Source: a virus
Lineage: Duplodnaviria > Caudoviricetes
IMG/VR virus record: IMGVR_UViG_3300021963_000022
Direction: 5' to 3' (one strand)
DNA length: 64,000 nucleotides
The notes beneath the pieces were generated by a model. It saw nothing but the letters and a program-made list of their open reading frames with translations, did not search any database and was not told the DNA's origin. Below, one piece after another: positions 57,301 to 64,000 of this stretch. Numbering within the stretch: the stretch's first letter is position 1; every line of letters starts with the position of its first letter. A program made the translations under genes and the position numbers.

Positions 57301-58462
57301 AATCTATAGCGGCACTATTTGGAGAGGGAATACCACCGTTTTGAATCAATTTACTCCAGGTACCTGTACCAATTTGTACCGGACTACTTCTATGTAGAAT
57401 ATTATTTAAACCAAGTTCTCCAAAAGTATTACCACCCCATGACCATAATGTATTATCTGCACGTAGTGCTAGTGCAGTTCCGTAACTACCCATGTTTCCA
57501 TTAACTGAAATACTAGTCCAGCTACTTGTACCAATTTGTACCGGACTACTACGATGTATCCTATCATTTAATCCTAATTCTCCATGGGAATTAGATCCCC
57601 AAGCAAATAATACACCGTCATTTCTTATAGCAAATAGTGAACCTATTTGATTATATGCTACTGTAGTCCAACTACGCTGTGCTATAGCTATACTACTTGT
57701 ATATGATTTTTGTATTTGAGATGTACTTAATGAACCAGTTAATGTTGGACTGGAAAGCTGTGTGGTATTATTGTTACCGGATTGGCCTTGGGAAACATTA
57801 CCCCAAACAAACAACAAGTTGTCATTACGCACCCCAAAACGACCGCTGGAGGTGCCTGCTGCACCACCTAATGCAATCCAACTACTTGTACCAATTTGTA
57901 CTGGACTACTTCTAGAGATAAGAGTATTATCACCCAATTGTCCTTCACCATTTCGACCCCAAGCCCATAGTGTGCCATTTGATTTTATAGCTATACTATT
58001 AATACCGGTTAATACCTGAGTCCAGCTTGAAGGTTCCCCCCATACTGATGACATACTATTATTACCAAGTTGACCATTAAAGCCTAAACCCCAAGCATAT
58101 ATTAGTCCATTATAATCAATAGCATAAGAAGTGTCACCGTTAGCACTAACCTTACTCCAATTATTAATCCCAAGTTGTACTGGGCTACTACGATGTACTA
58201 AGGTGACATCATTGTTACCTAATTGACCATATGTATTAGCACCCCAAGCGAATAGTTTGCCATCACTTCGAATGCCTATTGTATGACTTAAACCGCTTGC
58301 TATCTGACTCCATGACTGTGCACCAATCAATGCAGGACTAGATTTAAAAGTTCTATCTTCTGTACCTAATTGACCCCATGTATTGTCACCAAACATGTAT
58401 AATGATTCTACATCTACTCCCGTTGAGGGCTGGACAGTTAATAACCACTTTTCTAATGACAT
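45302..58462 (-). CDS. Giant RCC1/BLIP-II-repeat beta-propeller protein (4386 aa), probably virion-exposed
   Basis: About 80 (length-based estimate) ~50-aa repeats: AIR.DG.L(W/F).WG.N..GQLG....RSSPVQ(I/V)GTSSW..VSAG. Confidence 0.92.
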   Translation of the reverse strand: MSLEKWLLTVQPSTGVDVESLYMFGDNTWGQLGTEDRTFKSSPALIGAQSWSQIASGLSHTIGIRSDGKLFAWGANTYGQLGNNDVTLVHRSSPVQLGINNWSKVSANGDTSYAIDYNGLIYAWGLGFNGQLGNNSMSSVWGEPSSWTQVLTGINSIAIKSNGTLWAWGRNGEGQLGDNTLISRSSPVQIGTSSWIALGGAAGTSSGRFGVRNDNLLFVWGNVSQGQSGNNNTTQLSSPTLTGSLSTSQIQKSYTSSIAIAQRSWTTVAYNQIGSLFAIRNDGVLFAWGSNSHGELGLNDRIHRSSPVQIGTSSWTSISVNGNMGSYGTALALRADNTLWSWGGNTFGELGLNNILHRSSPVQIGTGTWSKLIQNGGIPSPNSAAIDSNQKLWSWGNNTGGLLGLGDQVHRSSPVQVGTSNWLMVSAGTDMMAGITVSGALFAWGSNTNGQLGINSTISRSSPVLIGIDSWAMITSGKNMTMGITTGGELYTWGLGTYIGDGYGISRSSPVQITALTTSPLTVSYNSYLTTIGSTGTSWVYINGGSANKLAIRNDGKLFAWGSNTYGQLGINSTNSRSSPVQIGTDSWTTAILGNGSTFAIRNDGSLWTWGDNTYGQLGLNDKVHRSSPVQVGTDYNWTHVSGGFQALAIKNNGSLWAWGYNGLGSLGLNDTNWRSSPVQVGTSSWIMVSAIGYVSLAIRNDGSLWACGTNTTGQLGLNDNIHRSSPVQVGTSSWTMINSYINASSGITSDNRLFTWGDNTYGQLGLNDIVSRSSPVQIGTNLWSQVNGGYPAMYGRRIDGSLWAWGYNGQSELGDGTTQHRSSPVQIGGANSWNMVGGFAAAIDSNGMLWSWGLGQYVGEGNSISRSSPVFIISGKDSWTYVSAGDNLYSAIRSDGLLFKWGLYNNGANGLSVPGTTTIPQQITTSSWSLVPGGGSTSVGIDSSGQLFTWGTGTNGQLGENNTTHRSSPVFIRSMNDSWTGIGIGTPNSLHIAGIRNDNTLWLWGQGDSGVLGDSNIISKSQPIQLGKDLLSWTYLSGSSTPVDGTQTAAGIRSNGSLWTWGSNTYGQLGTNNLVHRSSPVQVGTSSWTALSAGRGFLFAIRSDRTLWSWGSDNSVGALGANTTAVLRSSPVQVGTSLWNVISAGNLTPVGITVDGRLFAWGANTIGQVGDNTVVARSSPVQIGNLFWTSAVAGLDSSSYGIRLDGTLWSWGDNAVGELGEDDTVHRSSPVQIGTGKWKKLAAGFSNAFSIDINNKLWSWGDNSTGQLGINDTTNRSSPVQIGTSSWLMVSSSQSGNIVSAYVVSAIRSDGALFAWGNNTYGGLGDTTTVNKSSPVQIGTSSWTMVAGRMGIIQDNSNGNGYIYAWGGNTVGELGINSVVNTSSPVQVNATTHNWYQVTQGVNFTLAIHDNKTLWSWGNNTGGQLGLGDQVHRSSPVQIGASSWSQVSAGVNHVLALDNNNVLYGWGNNANGQLGTNGSGGIFENPVIITSLFTLADEIAWSTSTGKPRTLSWTKVSAGYSNSFAIRSDSKLFAWGLNTTGQLGLNDIIHRSSPVQVGTSNWSGIAAGVSHTYAIRSDGLLFIWGSNTNGQLGLNDLVHRSSPVQIGSSSWSFVPSIGGIATSTFAITLDGKLYGWGLNNYGQLGVNDIIARSSPVQVGTGNSWTLVSAEINTTLAIRTDSKLFAWGYGGASQLGDGTTQHRSSPVQIGTSNWTTVAVGVNATATGAIRSDGALFTWGQPSGSALGDSSINARTSPVQIVSFTSPAEQQAYLTKTGKTGYSWSTVVTNQDTTFAIRNDGLLFAWGQGFYGGLGLNDVQSRSSPVQVGTSSWLTVATFERTTAAIRSDGTLWSWGSNDSGQLGLNDRIHRSSPTQIGASIWTAVATGPNYYASGGTILGVRNDGTLWSWGFNDLGQLGLNDRIHRSSPVQIGTENTWSKVYFAGNVSTAIRTTGALYAWGVNTFGQLGDGTTQHRSNPVQIGTSSWTQVASGASWTVAIRSGGSLFTWGAGTNGVLGTPDSTQHRSSPVQIGTSSWSVVTASTITAGISNNLLYMWGLGTAGQMGDSLGATYYYSPTLTTGTGSWTTVNAGTAITALDQNRQLFTWGSNSNGQMGNGFLVSRSSPVFIRSVADSWTTIGLIVMGFLAIRSDGLLFAWGNNTYGTFGDGTNTSKLTPLQIGSTSWTMVTGLTNVLGITAADTGNALFTWGNGTIGELGTLNLTSRSSPVFIRSMNDSWISVGAGMSMSTAVRSDGKLFTWGFNTGGQLGLGDQVHRSTPVLVGTSNWVVVNAGAGTVGGITTDGRAYFWGANDYGQLGIPFNPVTISGSWLEPRSSPVQLGATPYINSPTQIGASSWSQVSAGVNHVLALTSTNQLFGWGNNSSYQVDNSGSNRSSPTQIGSSSWSQISAGNVHSLAIASDNSLYGWGLQYQPWVYDSLQTLTNYLLTNDITSSWTSLTNESSKFTGIKSDGTLWTWGLNNIGQLGLNDIFNRSSPVQVGTSSWSMVNTAESWTTAIRSDGTLWAWGLNTNGNLGLNDRIHRSSPTQIGTDNSWTIVGGNGAIRNDGSLWTWGTNLYGQLGINAPTSGFNRSSPVQVGTSSWIMIDSRWSSYGVSAIKSDGTLWAWGNNTNGQLGIGSNSNNISSPVQVTSITTLEQQNTYLTNTGSSTYSWTSISANGTSGAVTTGAIRSDGALFMWGLGFWGGLGDNTTVNKSSPVQIGTSSWTQVSVGAEEFAYAVRIDGTLWTWGLNNIGQLGLNDTINRSSPVQIGTSSWTIVAAGQYCVSAIRSDGALFSWGNNNIGQLGLNDIIHRSSPVQVGTSSWTQVRANNGATAALSINGILFTWGSNADGKLGLNDRIHRSSPTQIGTSSWTQVSVGHSAMAAISSNNNLWTWGLNTTGQLGLNDIFNRSSPVQVGTSSWTSVASGVLQTLAIRSDNTLWAWGSNTNGQLGLNDRIHRSSPVQVGTSSWFNINGLADHIVAIENTSKQLFSWGNNNIGQLGLNDSINRSSPVFIRTANDSWNQISMQGLYASAAIRSDGLLFTWGANSSGQLGNNTVFSRSIPVQVGISSWSQISVGTSFMVGRTSNKLLYAWGNNGYGQLGLNDTVNRSTPTLISTSSWSFISAGSTSTIGTHDGNILLYGWGDNNSGQLGLNDMLHRSSPVQIASYVSMPKKIGTDAWSKISAGYYHNVGIQTNNKLYGWGNTAANTFTAYSWTKATASAGHVAAIRSDGLLFTWGDNDDGNLGSNNTLHRSIPIQVGTSSWTQISAGGITTTTDLTTFGISSANLLYGWGAGGSGQLGLGTIANRSSPVQISTFTTEQIQQTYLTNTGKTGFSWTQISASGNLGTLAAIRNDGALFIWGLNNYGQLGLNSITAVYSPVQVGTSSWTQVSVGNGATYAIRIDNTLWSWGANVNGQLGLNDREHRSSPVQVGTSSWTMISGGTGSTNAGTGIAAALRIDGALFSWGNNATGQLGLNDTINRSSPVQVGTSSWSQISAGSPDGSTNMYGIRLDGTLWSWGDAASGALGQNQSGIPRSSPVQVGTDTNWQQVSSGAGYFMAIKTTGSLWACGFGVFGALGTGNSSSALVPVQVGTSSWTSVSAGSAWSTSAIKADNTLWAWGLNTNGQLGLNDTVHRSSPVQIGTSTWSKVSSGTNPGVIMAISFTNKQLYIWGQNSSGQLGLGETIGARSSPMFVRSVTESWNAISAGAATTIGIRSDNTLWAWGLGTNGQLGDNTIISKSVPIQIGTSSWSQVSAGNSYNTALTVDKRLFVWGLGTTGQIGDNAQLSRSSPVQIGASWTMVSAGGSTVGAINSNNLLFTWGGNSNGQLGDRSVIHRSSPVQVNSFTSAQIQQTYLTNTSKPAAFSWSQVNINSLTSAAIRSDGALFMWGQNIQGQLGLNNTIHRSSPVQVGTSSWTQVSVGTSSMAAIRSDGTLWSWGSNDSGQLGLGDSVNRSSPVQVGTSSWISVASALGGAAFLALDATNRLFAWGANTNGELAQNNVISRNSPVQIATGSTWLSISNRGRGAIRSDGALFMWGLGTNGQIGDNAQLSRSSPVQIGSSSWSVISAGWSHTAAITSTGLLYVWGGNNSGELGLNDISWRSSPVQLGAFSWTSVSSGFNHTVGIRSDKLLFAWGLNSNGQTGDANTSNRSSPVQIGTSSWAMVSAGSASTTGLDLLYGLYTWGNNSTGQLGIDSVLAATSPVFLPTTSDSWTNISTQNGYQLGIRSDGYLFGWGINASGQLGLGDQVPRSAPVQIGTYVSPILSVSNNASQGLIIVDGKMATWGLNNSGQLGVNDRISRSSPVQIGNNQSLVPPNMYSIPTQIGSSSWTQVSANFNNTLLVDPNNVLYEWGFNDNRPIRPIITAVGISAGTVSNGYNHFGITK

Positions 58463-58465
58463 ACT

Positions 58466-58975
58466 TTACCCACCAAACTCTGGCCAAATAATGTTAAACG
58501 GATCTGTCTGTGTAGTAATATCAGCTAATGCTTGCATATATGCATCCATTAATGTTAAATTATCTACAGGTGTTTCGCCCAGTCTAACTTGTCTATCATA
58601 ACGAGTATATCTCCACTCAAATGATGACATTCTAGTATCACGTTCACCTCTTATTAGGTTCCATTGTGCATTAGTACTAAATTCTTGTTGTAATTGTATA
58701 TCCTCTGGAGTAGGTTCATATACTGCAAATCTTGGTAACTCAATAATGTCCATTGTCTCATATGCTACACCATCAGAAAAATATTGTCTAGGGTTATCTA
58801 TTTTTTGTGTTTCTGGATTATATTCAGGATACGCTTTAACTAAAGTATACCAACCAACAGACAATCTTTCTTCTTCAGTAAATACATGAAAATTACTGAT
58901 GTTTTTCCAATTATTTGGAATAAGGTCATATACACCTTCTATGTTACCGTCAACTACATGTGCATAATTAGCCAT
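58466..58975 (-). CDS. Tail fibre assembly chaperone-like protein
   Basis: C-terminal W..IR.ERD.......W...Y.QAL.DIT.Q.DPF.I.WP motif. Confidence 0.75.
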   Translation of the reverse strand: MANYAHVVDGNIEGVYDLIPNNWKNISNFHVFTEEERLSVGWYTLVKAYPEYNPETQKIDNPRQYFSDGVAYETMDIIELPRFAVYEPTPEDIQLQQEFSTNAQWNLIRGERDTRMSSFEWRYTRYDRQVRLGETPVDNLTLMDAYMQALADITTQTDPFNIIWPEFGG

Positions 58976-59367
58976 TATAAATTCTGCCCTGAAATGAATG
59001 CTTGCCAGTTTGTACCACCATCAACTGTAAAGAACGCAAAAACGTCTTCTTTACCATTAGATGAAGTTAGTGTAGGAGCCGTACCTGTTGGCCAATGAAA
59101 GCTTGCAGGCCATGTGACTGACCGTGCTGTTCCGTCTGCTGTAAAGATTAATACAAATGAACTTACTCTTCCTGATGCTTGTATATTAGACAATGTTATA
59201 GAAGTTATATTTGCGTTTAATGCCACTGTAAATACTGCGGCTGTGTTTAGATTTAGTGCCAAGGCGCCTGCAGAAATAGTTGCGGCCGCACTTACTTCTG
59301 CTGAATTATTAGGTAAAAATATTTTATTATCGTCAATGACGGTTGAACTGCTTACTTTTATGGCCAT
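58975..59367 (-). CDS. Small tail-associated beta-sandwich protein
   Basis: L.L.T..VF...L..N.......F.L...DGT.R.VTWP....WP.GTAPTLT...G..D.F.F...DGGT.W. Confidence 0.7.
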   Translation of the reverse strand: MAIKVSSSTVIDDNKIFLPNNSAEVSAAATISAGALALNLNTAAVFTVALNANITSITLSNIQASGRVSSFVLIFTADGTARSVTWPASFHWPTGTAPTLTSSNGKEDVFAFFTVDGGTNWQAFISGQNL

Positions 59368-59397
59368 CTTCGCTCCTTTGAACTCGGCTACTACTAT

Positions 59398-62175
59398 TTA
59401 TCTTTTTTTAAGAGCGTCTATATCCTCTTGCTGTTTTTTCACGGCTTCTATTAAGAATGCAATTATTGGTATATAATTAACAGCTTTCTGTCCTTGTTGA
59501 TTTGTATTTACAAGTTCAGGTAGTATCTTCTCAACCATCTGCGCCATTAGACCATATGATTTCTTTTTACTATCAGCCCAATTGAATCCCATACCAAACA
59601 ACTGTGACAATACTGCCATTGGATCAGTTATTGATTCCTGATTCTCTTTCAATGTAGCGTCAGACAATGTGTTTAAGTCTGTAACAGTTAATGTACCTGT
59701 ACCAGGAACAAACTGTAGCTTAGTTGATGATATGCCAGCTGTTAAGAAACCACCAGAAGAACTTGTAGCATATACAGGATAATATGTTGTGCCAGAACCC
59801 GTATCATCTGTAATAGTGGGAATAGCTTGAGACCAAGTTAAATTACCCGTACCGTCTGTCTTTAAGAAATGATTAGCTGTTCCATTAGCAATGTGAATAT
59901 TTGATACTGAACCCAAGTTAACATTGCTAACATTTGCAAAGTTGACTGTGTTAGTAGTAAAGTTGACCGTGCCGGTAGTAAAATTAACTGTGGTGGCAGC
60001 ATTACTTACCGTTAATCCAGTTAGTGCGCCTACACTAGTAATATTAGGTTGACTTGATGCACTAGATACAATAGTACCATAGAAGTAGTTAGCACTAATA
60101 TAATTAGCGCCAATGATGTTACCAGTAATATTTGCATTACCAGCTATGATGTTACCAGTAATATTTGCGTTACCAGTAACAGATGTACCTGTACTTGTAA
60201 CAACTAATATGTTAGCGTTTCCGCCTGCGCTAACTGTTACATTACCATTAGCTGAAGGTATGTTAATATTGCTATTACCATTACTGAATAAACCAGTGAA
60301 GTAGTTTGCACTAATCAAGTTAGCACCAGTAATACTACCGCCTGCCCCTGCGCCAGCACTAATATTATTAGCAATCACATTGCCTGTAGAGGTTAATGTT
60401 CCTGCTACATTAATACCTGTACCAGTAACAACTAGGATGTTAGCATTTCCAACAGCACTGATATTAACATTGCCGTTTGCAGATGGTATATTTACATTAC
60501 TATTACCATTACTAATAGATGATCCGCCGCCTCCGCCACCTGATTGTGCAACCCACGATAAGCTTCCTGCTCCGTCAGTCTGTAATACGTAGCCATTAGT
60601 TCCACCTGTAATAACTACATTACCAACTGCACCTAAATTACTTTGACCGGTTACATTTAATGTACCAGATACATTTACCCCAGTTCCAGTAACTATAGCA
60701 GTAGTATTACCTACAGCAGTAATATTGATATTACCATTTGCGGCTGGAATAGACACTGCACTGTTACCATTTCCTAAGGTAGAGCTTGAACTTATACTTA
60801 CCCAAGCTAAATTACCTGTGCCATCTGTTTGTAGATATTGACTACTGGAACCGCCGGTAATTCTAACATTACCTACATTTCCTAAATTAGCAGTAGTGGT
60901 TGCAACAAAGTTATTTGCTGTAAGAGTTGTAGTTGTTTTATTAAATGTCAACCCTGCATTGCCGCCAAAAGTACTACCATCATTAAATTGAATAAATGTA
61001 TTACTTCCACCTGGTGTTCCGCCGCCACCAAAAGACCATGCAACACCATTAGCATATAGTAAGTTGTCAGTTAATACATTACCTGCACTTATATTACCTG
61101 TAACCGCTAAGTTACTTAATGTACCAACACTAGTAATGTTTGGTTGTGCATTAGTATAAACAGTACTAGAAACTAATGCGTTCGCTACTTGACCTGAAAC
61201 ATTAGCACCAGCTACACTATTAGCAGTTGCCGCAAATGAAACTTCACCTGAAACATTAGCACCAGCTACACTATTTGCAGTACTTGCATATGCGACCGCG
61301 CCTGAAACATTAGCACCAGCTACTGAATATGCAGTGTTTGCAACGTTTGCATTTGCTACAAAACCGGTTACATTAGCACCAGCTACACTATTAGCAGTTG
61401 CCGCAAATGAAACTTCACCTGAAACATTAGCACCAGCTACTGCATTAGCTGTAGTAGCATATGTTGCCAATCCAACACTTATATTTGCAATATTAGCATC
61501 AGTTACAACAATATTACCATTCATGCCACCATGAGCAGAACATTGGTATTTGTAATTACCTGTTATACCATATGGAACTTTCCAATATAATGTTCCTGAT
61601 ATTTGTCCTTGAGCTGAAGTAGTAGATAATACTGTTCCTGTACTATCAACATGTTCTAAGCCAGTACTGTAATTTGCGCCACCACTTGTTTGAATTAAGA
61701 ATGGATGTCCTGATACATTCAAATTAAATGCTAATGTTTGACCACTAGTAACATATAATGCAGGATTGACTGTAGCACCATATTGGTCAAAAATATACCC
61801 GGAAGATCCACTAGCAGTGACATTTAGTCGTGTTGTGCCTTGCAGATATAATTTATCTGTACTTAGTCCGGCTGTGGTAAAAGTTGTGATATTACCAAAA
61901 GTTAATGCACTTAATTGACTACCATTACCGGTAAAGAAGTTAGCTGTTGCTAGATTACCTAAATTAGCATTACCGGATGTGATATTGCCTGTTATAGCTA
62001 AACTTGTTAGTGTACCGACACTTGTTATATTTGGTTGTGCGGCTGTGGTTAGAGTTCCAGTAACATAATTAGCACTAACTAAATTAGCACCATTGATGTT
62101 ACTAGCTGTTACATTGGCAAAGGTGTAATTATCAGTTGTATCTAAATTAAACGGTTGTAACTTTGTAATTGCCAT
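59398..62175 (-). CDS. Tail fibre with C-terminal S74 intramolecular chaperone
   Basis: G/N/A/T-rich low-complexity shaft, cupredoxin-like insert (HPF..., YQCSAH..MNG), C-terminal LSD..LKEN...G..AQ.VE..LPE.V...VNY...L.EAVK. Confidence 0.85.
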   Translation of the reverse strand: MAITKLQPFNLDTTDNYTFANVTASNINGANLVSANYVTGTLTTAAQPNITSVGTLTSLAITGNITSGNANLGNLATANFFTGNGSQLSALTFGNITTFTTAGLSTDKLYLQGTTRLNVTASGSSGYIFDQYGATVNPALYVTSGQTLAFNLNVSGHPFLIQTSGGANYSTGLEHVDSTGTVLSTTSAQGQISGTLYWKVPYGITGNYKYQCSAHGGMNGNIVVTDANIANISVGLATYATTANAVAGANVSGEVSFAATANSVAGANVTGFVANANVANTAYSVAGANVSGAVAYASTANSVAGANVSGEVSFAATANSVAGANVSGQVANALVSSTVYTNAQPNITSVGTLSNLAVTGNISAGNVLTDNLLYANGVAWSFGGGGTPGGSNTFIQFNDGSTFGGNAGLTFNKTTTTLTANNFVATTTANLGNVGNVRITGGSSSQYLQTDGTGNLAWVSISSSSTLGNGNSAVSIPAANGNINITAVGNTTAIVTGTGVNVSGTLNVTGQSNLGAVGNVVITGGTNGYVLQTDGAGSLSWVAQSGGGGGGSSISNGNSNVNIPSANGNVNISAVGNANILVVTGTGINVAGTLTSTGNVIANNISAGAGAGGSITGANLISANYFTGLFSNGNSNINIPSANGNVTVSAGGNANILVVTSTGTSVTGNANITGNIIAGNANITGNIIGANYISANYFYGTIVSSASSQPNITSVGALTGLTVSNAATTVNFTTGTVNFTTNTVNFANVSNVNLGSVSNIHIANGTANHFLKTDGTGNLTWSQAIPTITDDTGSGTTYYPVYATSSSGGFLTAGISSTKLQFVPGTGTLTVTDLNTLSDATLKENQESITDPMAVLSQLFGMGFNWADSKKKSYGLMAQMVEKILPELVNTNQQGQKAVNYIPIIAFLIEAVKKQQEDIDALKKR
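61199..61440. repeat. Internal tandem repeats in the tail fibre (71-bp direct repeat)
   Basis: Identical 71 bp at 61199-61269 and 61370-61440 encoding VAGANVSGEVSFAATANSVAGANV. Confidence 0.85.
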
Positions 62176-62304
62176 GTAGTAGTTCTCTTAATATAATCCA
62201 TCTATGTATTTAATCCAATTTGTTTTGTAACAGTTACACAGTTATTTCAATATAATGTATCTTCATTCCACGAATTATTTTAGTGTGTTGTTAATTTTAT
62301 TCTT

Positions 62305-63327
62305 TTAAGTTGATGAATAACCAGCGGCTGCTAATCCAAGTCTAGCTGTACCGACACCAGTTGTGTCTGTAGCTACCACACCGGTGTTTGAAACCAAGTT
62401 GGTCATACTAAGAACATTGGAGAAATTTGTATTGGTGCCATATCCAAATATAGCTTTATCTCCACCATAACCTGCGGCTGCTAATTCATATCTAGCAGTG
62501 CCGACACCTGTTGTATTACTAGCAACCACGCCTGTATTTGATACTAGATTGGTAATTGAAAGATTAGTTCCATTACTACCATAACCAAAAATAGCTTTAT
62601 CTGTACCATAACCTGCGGCCGCAAGTGAGAATCTACCAGTACCAACACCTGCGGTATCAGTTGCTACTACACCAGTGTTTGATACTAGGTTGGTGGTCGT
62701 GATGCCGAATCCATTAAGGTCTTCACCAAATGCAAATATAGCCTTATCAGTACCATAACCTGCGGCTGCCAACCTGTGTATGTAAGCAGTAGAGACAGAA
62801 GTATCATTAGATACGACTCCTGTGTTTGACACAAGATTAAATAAGGTAAGCACATTATTGTTTGAGCCTCTACCAAATATAGCTTTGTCATTTCCATAAC
62901 CGGCGGCCGCAAGTTGACTTCTGGCTGTACCAACGCCTGTAGTATCAGTAGAAACAACACCTGTATTTGATACTAAATTGGTCATTGATACATAAGTATC
63001 GTTGTTGCCACCATATCCATATCCAAATATAGCTTTATCTCCCCCATATCCAGCAGCTGCTAATCTCAATCTAGAACTGCCAACACCAGCAGTATCTGTA
63101 GCTACCACACCGGTGTTTGATACAAGGTTAGTTACTGATGTTTTAGTACCTGACGATGTTAAAAATCCATATCCAAATATAGCTTTCTGTGTGCCAGGAC
63201 TAGGCGGCAGAGGCCAGTTATTGGCTTGTTTAGCTTGCATCTGTTGAGTAGCGTTGTAAAATCCAGAATTTGATGCGGCATTAACCTGTGTAGCAGACAT
63301 TACACCGCCATAATATCTTTTAACCAT
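62305..63327 (-). CDS. Six-repeat beta-propeller-like virion protein
   Basis: Six NLVSNTGVV..D..GVGT.R..LAAAGYG.DKAIF units. Confidence 0.8.
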   Translation of the reverse strand: MVKRYYGGVMSATQVNAASNSGFYNATQQMQAKQANNWPLPPSPGTQKAIFGYGFLTSSGTKTSVTNLVSNTGVVATDTAGVGSSRLRLAAAGYGGDKAIFGYGYGGNNDTYVSMTNLVSNTGVVSTDTTGVGTARSQLAAAGYGNDKAIFGRGSNNNVLTLFNLVSNTGVVSNDTSVSTAYIHRLAAAGYGTDKAIFAFGEDLNGFGITTTNLVSNTGVVATDTAGVGTGRFSLAAAGYGTDKAIFGYGSNGTNLSITNLVSNTGVVASNTTGVGTARYELAAAGYGGDKAIFGYGTNTNFSNVLSMTNLVSNTGVVATDTTGVGTARLGLAAAGYSST

Positions 63328-63328
63328 T

Positions 63329-63700
63329 TTAGCTTATATCCTCATAACTGCAAGTAACACATAATGTGTTAGCTGTACCGGCTATAGCTCCTAAACTACT
63401 GTTTTCTTCTAAGTAATACTGACTTGTTTTATCAATAACATTTAATGTGCTATTGCTAGGAACACTTACATTACCCACAAGTTGAAATAATGTTCCACCA
63501 ACGTTGGCTGCATTGTAATAACCAACTGTTACATTGGCTGCGTTAGCTCCATAGTTTGCTACGTTTAATACGTTTACTTTTAAGCATTTTCCACTACCGC
63601 TAGCATTGTTTAATACTGTAGTTGCACTTGTTGTTGTTAGGTTTGCACCCGTTGTTTTACCATTGATTGTTGTTGCACTGATTATGTTTGGTGCTGCCAT
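63329..63700 (-). CDS. Small virion-associated hypothetical protein (MAAPNII...)
   Basis: GGAGG SD before ATG 63700; ...I.K....YLEE...L...A.....SYE.IS pattern. Confidence 0.7.
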   Translation of the reverse strand: MAAPNIISATTINGKTTGANLTTTSATTVLNNASGSGKCLKVNVLNVANYGANAANVTVGYYNAANVGGTLFQLVGNVSVPSNSTLNVIDKTSQYYLEENSSLGAIAGTANTLCVTCSYEDIS

Positions 63701-63701
63701 A

Positions 63702-64000
63702 TTATCCTCCAAATATTAATGAATAGCCTACTGCGGCAGCTGATGATGCTCCACCACCGCCTCCAGCGGTTAAATTGATTGTTGTTACTTCTATATAACT
63801 GCCATTTGCAGGGGCACTGCTGAATGTGATGTTTGCTCCAGATAATGTATAATCTGAACGTAATACTGTTACACCATTATAGTTAACACTAGTTTGATTT
63901 ATGCCAATTGGAGTAGTGCTTAAAGTAAATATTGTTTGTACACCATTACCAGTAAAGTTATCTACTGTTACGTTTGCCGCATTACCACCACTTTGTGCCA
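63702..64000 (-). CDS. 3' end of a tail-fibre-like gene (partial)
   Basis: Manual translation ...DNFTGNGVQTIFTLSTTP...ITFSSAPANGSYIEV...GYSLIFGG*. Confidence 0.75.
   Translation of the reverse strand, partial: AQSGGNAANVTVDNFTGNGVQTIFTLSTTPIGINQTSVNYNGVTVLRSDYTLSGANITFSSAPANGSYIEVTTINLTAGGGGGASSAAAVGYSLIFGG

Noticed and set aside
45302-58462. RCC1 DNA repeats as a CRISPR array or DGR template/variable repeat pair
   Set aside because: Repeats are in-frame coding with no unique spacers; no cas or reverse transcriptase gene in the window; identical patches lack adenine-specific mismatches
45912-58601. Many plus-strand ORFs antisense to the RCC1 gene
   Set aside because: Shadow ORFs produced by the repetitive codon pattern of the sense gene

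Overview
A 64-kb segment of a large, AT-rich, T4-like (myovirus-type) bacteriophage genome. The evidence is a PAAR baseplate tip gene, class Ia nrdA/nrdB plus glutaredoxin, xxTAAATA late-promoter-like motifs, tail-fibre genes and an S74 chaperone domain. Five blocks follow in order. (1) 1-1.5 kb: partial papain-like peptidase, phage-encoded RNA polymerase omega (rpoZ) and a methyltransferase. (2) 1.55-10.6 kb: a minus-strand array of 28 CCA-encoding tRNAs (every amino acid except Phe, three of them structurally atypical), driven by near-consensus sigma70 promoters. It is interleaved with three HNH/GIY-YIG endonucleases, a J-domain protein and at least seven GC-enriched, stem-rich non-coding segments that look like unannotated structured RNAs. 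(3) 10.7-26.8 kb: a dense enzyme cluster with five radical SAM proteins, an adenylating enzyme, 2OG-Fe(II)-like oxygenases, a PLP enzyme, methyltransferase, SGNH, SDR-like and glycosyltransferase genes. (4) 26.8-35.8 kb: SleB hydrolase, PAAR and the RNR module. (5) 35.9-64 kb: a glycan/sulfation cluster (UDP-galactopyranose mutase, APS-kinase/HxGH fusion, sulfotransferase-GT fusion, GT2, GT25, methyltransferases) directly downstream of a 4386-aa RCC1-repeat protein and tail-fibre genes. All calls come from reading motifs by eye; no searches or folding programs were run.
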